Of a stretch of 32,095 nt of DNA, positions 25,728 through 32,095 are shown piece after piece. Source of the stretch: Candidatus Pacearchaeota archaeon (GTDB lineage Archaea; Nanobdellota; Nanobdellia; Pacearchaeales; GW2011-AR1); the NCBI GenBank assembly GCA_023140635.1, contig JAGLLG010000007.1:1-32095 (forward strand), in the 5' to 3' direction. The position numbers and the translations under genes were made by a program. The notes under the pieces are model-generated. The model did not search any database. It was not told the DNA's origin and saw only the letters and a program-made list of their open reading frames with translations. Each line of letters opens with the position of its first letter. Within the stretch, counting starts at the first letter, position 1.

Positions 25728-26574
25728 AGATGAAAAGGAAGTAAAAATCAAAGAAGAAGAGTTAACTCCCGAAGAACAATTAAAAAAAATGACTGAAAAA
25801 GTTGAAGCAAAAGAAAAGGTTAAAGAAGAGATTGTCTCGAAAGAAGCAGACGAATCTTTTAAAGCTGAAGAAGGTCGTGGAAAGTTTAAGAGAGAAAATT
25901 GGCAAGATCGGTTTGCCCGTGAAGCCCAGGAGAAATTAGACAATTGGGTGCCTAGGACACAATTAGGTAGAGATGTTCGTGCAGGAAGAATTGAAAATAT
26001 TGATGAAATTTTTGCAGAAGGTAGAAAGATTATGGAACCCGAGATTGTTGATTTGTTGATTAAAGATCTAAAGACTGATAGTTTGTTTATTGGACAAGCG
26101 AAAGGAAAATTTGGTGGTGGAAAGCGAAGAGCATTTAGACAGACTCAGAAGAAAACAAAGGAAGGTAATGTTTTGACGTTCGGTGTTATGGCTGTAGTGG
26201 GAGATGGTCATGGGCATGTCGGGATTGGATATGGTAGGGCTTCTGAAACACTTCCTGCAAAGGAAAAAGCATTTAGAAGTGCTAAATTGAATATTGTTAA
26301 GATTCCTCGAGGCTGTGCTAGTTATGATTGCTCATGTGACGAAGAACATAGCATCCCAAACACTGTTGAAGGTAAATGTTCCTCAGTTAGTGTTAAGTTA
26401 ATGCCTGCCCCTCAAGGGACGGGTTTAGTAATAGGTGATGAAATGAAAAAGATTTTGAGGCTTGTAGGGATAAAAGATGTTTATAGTAAATGTTTAGGGA
26501 AGACTAAGACAACATTTAATACTGCAAAGGCATGCATGCAAGCTTTGAATAAATTAGGAGACATGAAATTATGA
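25717..26574 (+). CDS. rps5: 30S ribosomal protein S5 with long charged N-terminal extension
   Basis: WVPRTQLGR, AVVGDGHGHVG and LMPAPQGTGLV. Confidence 0.96.
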   Translation: MTTKDEKEVKIKEEELTPEEQLKKMTEKVEAKEKVKEEIVSKEADESFKAEEGRGKFKRENWQDRFAREAQEKLDNWVPRTQLGRDVRAGRIENIDEIFAEGRKIMEPEIVDLLIKDLKTDSLFIGQAKGKFGGGKRRAFRQTQKKTKEGNVLTFGVMAVVGDGHGHVGIGYGRASETLPAKEKAFRSAKLNIVKIPRGCASYDCSCDEEHSIPNTVEGKCSSVSVKLMPAPQGTGLVIGDEMKKILRLVGIKDVYSKCLGKTKTTFNTAKACMQALNKLGDMKL

Positions 26575-26912
26575 TATTAGTTTTAAGAATCGCAGGACAA
26601 GTCAAAAATAAAAAGAAAGATAATGAAACATTAAAGAGATTGAAGTTGAATAAAAAGTTTACTTGTATTTTAATTAAAGATGACGATATCGTACGGATGG
26701 GAATGGTAACGGCTGTTGCACATATGGTTGCCTATGGAAAGGTTGATGATGCATTTATTAAAGATTTGAAACTAGCAAGAAAAGATAATGAAGGAATTTA
26801 TTTTTTACATCCTCCACGAGGCGGATTTAAGAAGAGTTCAAAAGTTGCCGCACCAAGAGGAATTTTGGGTCAACACGAAGATATCGTTAAATTAGTTGGG
26901 AGAATGTTATGA
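26571..26912 (+). CDS. rpl30: 50S ribosomal protein L30 (short)
   Basis: ETLKRLKL, LHPPRGGF and LVGRML. Confidence 0.93.
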   Translation: MILVLRIAGQVKNKKKDNETLKRLKLNKKFTCILIKDDDIVRMGMVTAVAHMVAYGKVDDAFIKDLKLARKDNEGIYFLHPPRGGFKKSSKVAAPRGILGQHEDIVKLVGRML

Positions 26913-27343
26913 AGACACACAAAAGAAAAAAGAACTCAAGAATTCGAGGAGCACGGACTGTTGGATGGGGATTCAGACAAAAGCATAAAGGACATGGTAA
27001 TAAAGGTGGTTTCGGTAAAGCTGGAACAGGAAAGAGGGGAGACCATAAAAAACAACTAGCCCGAGATTCAGATGAAAAGAAACAGTATTTCGGAAAACAA
27101 GGTGCAACTTCAAGAAGAACTGAGAGAGTAAGACATGAGAATATTAATTTGAGAGATATTAAAAACAATTTTTTCAAGAAAGATGGAGACAAGCTTGATT
27201 TTTCCAAACATAAAATCCTTGGAATGGGTGAAGGATTTAAAGCGGAGATTAAAGCTTTAAGCGCATCCGCTTCTGCGATCAAGAAGATGGAGAAAGCGGG
27301 TGGAAAGATTGTTTTGCCAGTTAAAAAAGAGAACAAAAAATAA
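26909..27343 (+). CDS. rpl15: 50S ribosomal protein L15
   Basis: RGARTVGWG, GNKGGFGKAG, KILGMG and AIKKMEKAGG. Confidence 0.95.
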   Translation: MKTHKRKKNSRIRGARTVGWGFRQKHKGHGNKGGFGKAGTGKRGDHKKQLARDSDEKKQYFGKQGATSRRTERVRHENINLRDIKNNFFKKDGDKLDFSKHKILGMGEGFKAEIKALSASASAIKKMEKAGGKIVLPVKKENKK

Positions 27344-27354
27344 TTCTACAAAAC

Positions 27355-27362
27355 TTTAAAAA
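27355..27362 (+). promoter_or_regulatory. Internal TATA box for secY
   Basis: TTTAAAAA about 22 nt before ATG 27385. Confidence 0.5.
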
Positions 27363-27384
27363 CCAAAATCCCCCTTCATAAAAC

Positions 27385-28752
27385 ATGGGACTCCGAGAGT
27401 TATTACACAATCTGCCAGAGGTTCGAGGACCAACGCAGAAGAAAGTTAGTTTTAACATTAAACTCAAATGGACATTAGTCATCCTCGTCGCGTTCTTCAT
27501 CCTCGCCAACATCCCCCTCTTCGGAATCGCCGAAGGTTCACTCTCGCGGTTCGAGTATCTAGCAATCTTGCTTGGAACTTCATTCGGTTCGATTATCTCC
27601 CTAGGTATCGGTCCTATCGTTATGGCTTCCATTATCCTACAATTACTTAACGGTGCACAGATTTTGAATATTGATACAAATACCGCAGAAGGTAAGAAAT
27701 TTTTTCAGGGGATGCAAAAACTTTTGGTCTTCGCTTTCGTAATTTTTGAGGCATTGGTTTACGTTCTAATGAAAGGTATCCAGGCAGATCCAGGGTTTAC
27801 AGGACTTGTAATTTTGCAGTTATGTCTCGGAGGTTTTTTAATCGTTTTTATGGACGAGGTTATTCAGAAATGGGGCTTCGGTAGCGGGGTCTCGTTATTT
27901 ATCGCGGCAGGTATTGGTTGGAGATTGTTTACTCAGTTGTTTCAGTTTATCGGAACACAAGGAACTTTCGAGGCATCAGGAAAAGTTTGGGCATTAATAT
28001 CATCAGTGATTGTCGGCGACGGTGCCGGTGCAGCGTGGGCAATTTTCCCCATCATTGTTACAGTAATTTTATTCCTGGCAGTAGTTTTCGCCCAGAGCCT
28101 AAAAGTAGAAATTCCCCTAGCATTCGACAGAGTCCGAGGTCATTCTGTTAAATGGCCATTGCAGTTTTTTTATGTTGGAGTTATCCCAGTTATCCTAGTT
28201 TCAGCTTTAGCCGCAAATCTACAACTATTCGCGTCGCTGTTACAGAACTGGCTAGGTCACGCAACATTTCTCGGAGGGTTCGGTTCCAACGGCGTTCCAG
28301 TCTCAGGCATATCCTACTGGATTCATTCCACCCCACTTTTAGAAACCATAATCAAAGGCAGCTTCAGATGGATTTACGCACTTCAAGCAACAGGTCACGT
28401 TTTGTTTTACACAGTCTTCTCCGTCCTATTCGCATTCTTCTGGGTTAGCACTTCAGGCCAGGATGCCCAAAGTCAGGCAAAAAAAATCATGAGTTCCGGA
28501 ATGAACATGCCCGGCTTCAGAAAAGACGAACGAGTTCTCGAATCAATTTTGAAAAGATATGTAACCCCCTTAACAGTTATGGGTGGTGCAGCAATCGGTC
28601 TGTTAGCGTCGGTGGCAAATCTATTCGGCGCATTAGTAGGTGGGACAGCGATTCTTTTAGCAGTCATGATTCTTTATCAGTTATATCAGAACATCGCACA
28701 ACAACACGCAGTGGACATGAACCCTGCCTTGAAAGGATTTTTCGGAGCATAA
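27385..28752 (+). CDS. secY: Preprotein translocase subunit SecY
   Basis: LGIGPIVMASIILQLL, KWGFGSGVSLFI and PGFRKD in a multi-TM protein. Confidence 0.98.
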   Translation: MGLRELLHNLPEVRGPTQKKVSFNIKLKWTLVILVAFFILANIPLFGIAEGSLSRFEYLAILLGTSFGSIISLGIGPIVMASIILQLLNGAQILNIDTNTAEGKKFFQGMQKLLVFAFVIFEALVYVLMKGIQADPGFTGLVILQLCLGGFLIVFMDEVIQKWGFGSGVSLFIAAGIGWRLFTQLFQFIGTQGTFEASGKVWALISSVIVGDGAGAAWAIFPIIVTVILFLAVVFAQSLKVEIPLAFDRVRGHSVKWPLQFFYVGVIPVILVSALAANLQLFASLLQNWLGHATFLGGFGSNGVPVSGISYWIHSTPLLETIIKGSFRWIYALQATGHVLFYTVFSVLFAFFWVSTSGQDAQSQAKKIMSSGMNMPGFRKDERVLESILKRYVTPLTVMGGAAIGLLASVANLFGALVGGTAILLAVMILYQLYQNIAQQHAVDMNPALKGFFGA

Positions 28753-28828
28753 ATATTTAGAAGTATGAGATTGTTAACGGGGATAAACCCGTTACTCAAA
28801 AATCTTTAGATTTTTTCGGAGCATAAAT
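28738..28828. repeat. 17-bp direct repeat of the secY 3' end flanking a 57-bp hairpin insert
   Basis: TTTTTCGGAGCATAAAT at 28738-28754 and 28812-28828. Confidence 0.92.
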
Positions 28829-28856
28829 TTAAAAAGAAATTTTTTCTTTAGTTAAT

Positions 28857-29261
28857 ATGACATTAACAGAGATGGTGATCCTGCATCCATATATTTCTCT
28901 AGCAGTAATTTCGTTTTGTGTAACTTTAGTTTCAACTCTCGTTCAAAAATGGTTGACGAATCAAGAGCATATGAAGAGTTTAAAGATGCGGCAGAAGGAG
29001 ATTCAGAAAGAGTTGAAAGGATGTAAGGAAGAACACATATTGAAAGAGTTAAATCTTGAGATGTTAAATCTAACAGGCATAATGATGAAGTCCTCGATGA
29101 AGCCAATGTTTGTGACAATTATTCCATTCTTAATTTTATTTAATTGGTTGAAAGGAACATACGGAGCAGAAGAACCTTTGATTGCAAGTTGGATTTGGTA
29201 TTATTTAGGATTTAGTATTGTTTCTTCAATGGCATTAAGAAAAGTTTTGAACGTTCATTGA
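28857..29261 (+). CDS. EMC3/TMCO1-like (DUF106, Oxa1 superfamily) membrane protein
   Basis: TM, coiled coil, SMKPMFVTIIP and WIWYYL. Conserved position after secY. Confidence 0.9.
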   Translation: MTLTEMVILHPYISLAVISFCVTLVSTLVQKWLTNQEHMKSLKMRQKEIQKELKGCKEEHILKELNLEMLNLTGIMMKSSMKPMFVTIIPFLILFNWLKGTYGAEEPLIASWIWYYLGFSIVSSMALRKVLNVH

Positions 29262-30214
29262 ACTTTTCTAGATAGAAGATAGTCTACACATTTCTTTTTT
29301 ACCGTTTCATTTTTTGTTGGAAAATTGCCCTCACAGGCCCACTCGGATTGTTTTGTTATTAAGTCTGAGCATTGGGATTTTTTTGTTTCATCTTCTATTA
29401 AGTCGCATAAGAACAGGGAGTTTCGAAATTTGTTTATATCTGCCAGATATAATAGACATAAATCTCTATCTCTTGTTTGTTCACATAGAAAAACCTGATC
29501 GTCTTTACTTATGTCAAGTGAGGTAAGTTTATTTAGGTGTATTGCCATAGAGAAATAGCAAAGATCTTGTTTGTCGAAGCCTGATTCTTCTGCACGTTTT
29601 TTGGTATTAGGATTTTCCATCATTGATTCAGGGAAAGGATCTTTTGGGATTTTTTCACAAAGAGAAAGTATTTTTTTATCGTATATGGAGTCGTCTTGAT
29701 TGATGAGGTAATGCTGGAAGATAGACCACCTTGAGCATTCTAGATATTTAGTAAGGCTGGCGCTTGAGAAACATAAATCGAATCTTTTATCTCCTGATTC
29801 GGATATGTTCATATAAGTTGCGGCGTAAATTGATAGTGATATGTAAAATACAATGAGTATAATTACGGCTATGACTTTAAAGTTGAGTTCTTTTTTACTT
29901 GTTGTAATAATTTTTTTAATTATAAAAGTTAGTATTATACCTACGATGAAGAGTTGTGCTAGGATTATTAGTGAGAATAAAACTGATATAACCTCAAATA
30001 ATATAGCTGGTCCAAATATCGCAAATCCTCCAAATAAGAAATTTGTCACTAGAGATGGTACTCAAAATAATATTTCTAAAAAAAGATAGTTTCCTGATTG
30101 CATTAGTCCACTCGTGTTTACTAGGAAGTGTCTTATTATTAAGGATGTGAAAAGGGATAAACATAGATTTAATATTATTAATTTTTTATTTTCCCTATAA
30201 ATAGATTTCAACAT
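29255..30214 (-). pseudogene. Membrane-anchored Cys-rich repeat protein interrupted by one in-frame TGA at 30062-30064
   Basis: Frame is open from ATG 30214 for 50 codons, then TGA, then continues in frame into the 264-aa ORF. TATA-like box about 25 nt upstream of 30214. Confidence 0.7.
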
Positions 30215-30328
30215 ATTGGGAATACTTGGTTTTTTATGTTTATAATCTTTCTGTTCAGATTGTGGTTATGTAGTATCTCAATATTATTTCGCATACATTT
30301 CCCCTTTCCTTCCTCCCAGCATCTCCAA

Positions 30329-31144
30329 TTATATTTTTTTCAACTTCGCCTTTCTAACAAATTGTTTAGGGCTTAAAACACCAAATTCACTAACAATTCC
30401 CGACAACAATTTCAGTTTCGTTTTATCGAAAGCAGGGTTAATAACATCTATTTTCTCATCCCTATCATCCCAAACCTCTCGAGAGGAACGTTTTTCTATT
30501 TCAATCTTCTTCCCAAACTTCAACGAAACTCCACAAGAGTACCTCGGAATCTTATGAAACTTTGCTAATTGTACCAACATATTCGTTCCAATTTTATTCG
30601 CTAATTTGGTCTTTGTAAAAGCATCCGCACCAAATAAAAAGATATCACATTTCTCTAAAGATTGTTCTGCGGCGAGGTCAGGAGCAACGATTATTTTAAT
30701 ATTTGCTTTCGCCAAATCTTTTGCACTAGCACGTCCTTGAAGCAACGGTTCGACTTCAGTTGTGTAAACTACAAATTTTTTCTTTTGTTTCTTCTTTGCA
30801 TATTTCAAAATATCGATTACCGTAGAGGAATGGCAATGCGTGTAAACATTCATATCGTTTTTAATTAACTTAGCCCCATACTTCGCAATTTTCTCATGAG
30901 ATTTTTTCAAATCTTTAAGAAATTTTTTCGCAGTTAAACTCGGCCGTTTTGATTTAAGTAAAATCTTTATCGCATTTTGCATTAGTGGTTCTGTAGGTCT
31001 TGTTTTAAGAATTTCCTTCGCCGACTTTTTTGTAGGTTCCAGTAAGAAAGCTTTAATCCCAGCCTTCGCGATATTTTCCGCACCCTGAATTTTCACAGAC
31101 ACTATATCTGACAGTATTTTTTCTATATTTCTTCCCTTTTTCAT
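30329..31144 (-). CDS. Ribose-1,5-bisphosphate isomerase (eIF2B-like family)
   Basis: IQGAENIA, TRPTEP, THCHSSTV (catalytic Cys), FGADA, NKIGT and NPAFDKT. Confidence 0.85.
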   Translation of the reverse strand: MKKGRNIEKILSDIVSVKIQGAENIAKAGIKAFLLEPTKKSAKEILKTRPTEPLMQNAIKILLKSKRPSLTAKKFLKDLKKSHEKIAKYGAKLIKNDMNVYTHCHSSTVIDILKYAKKKQKKKFVVYTTEVEPLLQGRASAKDLAKANIKIIVAPDLAAEQSLEKCDIFLFGADAFTKTKLANKIGTNMLVQLAKFHKIPRYSCGVSLKFGKKIEIEKRSSREVWDDRDEKIDVINPAFDKTKLKLLSGIVSEFGVLSPKQFVRKAKLKKI

Positions 31145-31215
31145 AAAACTAACAATAGGTTCAACTATAAAAGTTTGTCGAATATTATATAAACTAAACT
31201 TGTCTAAGAGAATAT

Positions 31216-32073
31216 ATGATAGAGATGTTGATGAAACCGAAAAAGGCAGAGAGGCGGCCCTGGGAAATGTTCTTCATTGGATTATTTTATGCTTCGGTCT
31301 CCTTCCTTTTAGTTTGGTGGTTTTTTAGTAAAGATTCCGTCTTAAGAGAAGGCTCAGGACTTTTGATGGTGATTTTTACTGTTATGTGTTGTTTACCTTT
31401 TATGTATTATATCATTAAACTTGAAGAGGGAAAAGATATCGAAATTGATGATTCTGGAAGACTGATCAAAGAACATTCCAAGGCACTTTATGCCTTGATG
31501 TGGATGTTCTTAGGATTTGTCGTAGCGTTTTCAGTGTGGTATATTGTATTTCCGGACACAGCAGGACAGAATTTTAATTTTCAGATAAAAACTTTTTGCG
31601 CTATTAATAGTCCATTACATTACTCTAAATGTATCGATAATCATGGTGTTCCTCTAGCTACTGGGGCCGTTACAGGGATGTATAATTTCTTCGCAATTTT
31701 TTCAAATAATATCTATGTTCTGATGTTCACAATTCTTTTTTCGCTTATTTTTGGCGCAGGGGCAATATTTATCCTTGTGTGGAATGCGTCGGTGATAGGT
31801 GCAGCAATTGGAATTTTCGCAAATAAAAGTTTGATTAATTTACCAAGTGGATTGTTTAGATATATGATCCATGGGATCCCGGAGATTAGCGCTTATTTTG
31901 TTGGGGCATTGGCCGGAGGAATTATCTCTGTCGCAGTTATCCGTAAGGATTTACAAGGGGAACAGACTTGGAAGATCTTACAGGATTCGTTGCTATTGAT
32001 AATTATTGCTATTACAATTCTAGTTGTGGCTGCATTGATGGAGATTTATTTAACACCGTTATTGTTTAATTAG
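31216..32073 (+). CDS. SpoIIM/DUF95-like membrane protein
   Basis: IFSNN, NASVIG, HGIPEI and AALME in a multi-TM protein. Confidence 0.85.
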   Translation: MIEMLMKPKKAERRPWEMFFIGLFYASVSFLLVWWFFSKDSVLREGSGLLMVIFTVMCCLPFMYYIIKLEEGKDIEIDDSGRLIKEHSKALYALMWMFLGFVVAFSVWYIVFPDTAGQNFNFQIKTFCAINSPLHYSKCIDNHGVPLATGAVTGMYNFFAIFSNNIYVLMFTILFSLIFGAGAIFILVWNASVIGAAIGIFANKSLINLPSGLFRYMIHGIPEISAYFVGALAGGIISVAVIRKDLQGEQTWKILQDSLLLIIIAITILVVAALMEIYLTPLLFN

Positions 32074-32095
32074 ATATATTTTTAAGCGTCCAATC

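Noticed and set aside
4226..28667. Antisense and alternate-frame ORFs within conserved genes (for example 4747-5247, 11289-11720, 21322-21753, 24335-24772, 26887-27336)
   Set aside because: Shadow ORFs of well-supported genes, with no motifs or expression signals.
30062..30064. Genome-wide TGA recoding
   Set aside because: TGA terminates conserved genes here (for example rpl3, rpl4, rps17 and rps5 at ATGA overlaps).

Overview
AT-rich archaeal chromosomal window. The gene set, leaderless TATA-driven genes and reduced ribosomal proteins point to a DPANN lineage, most likely Pacearchaeota/Woesearchaeota-like (inference). It holds the 5' part of ftsZ, slyD, eIF5A-rpl40e, an M50 protease, taw1/tyw1, rpl1-rpl10-rpl12, two tRNA-Ser genes (UGA, CGA), a cyclophilin, AMP phosphorylase, an AI-2E transporter, a GIY-YIG plus degenerate HNH-like gene pair, the rpl3-to-secY ribosomal cluster (no rnp1/Rpp29 or adk, and an orphan ORF inserted between rpl4 and rpl23), a Cys-rich membrane protein with an in-frame TGA, ribose-1,5-bisphosphate isomerase and a SpoIIM-like protein. 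The most striking unexplained signal is a recurring class of short (about 40-95 bp) hairpin-rich inserts at the exact ends of essential genes. They occur at three tRNA termini and the secY stop, with weaker cases at rpl12, rpl10/rpl12 and the eIF5A promoter. The four clear cases are flanked by 12-17 bp direct repeats of the gene end and carry an inverted partial copy of their own target, yet share no evident sequence with one another.
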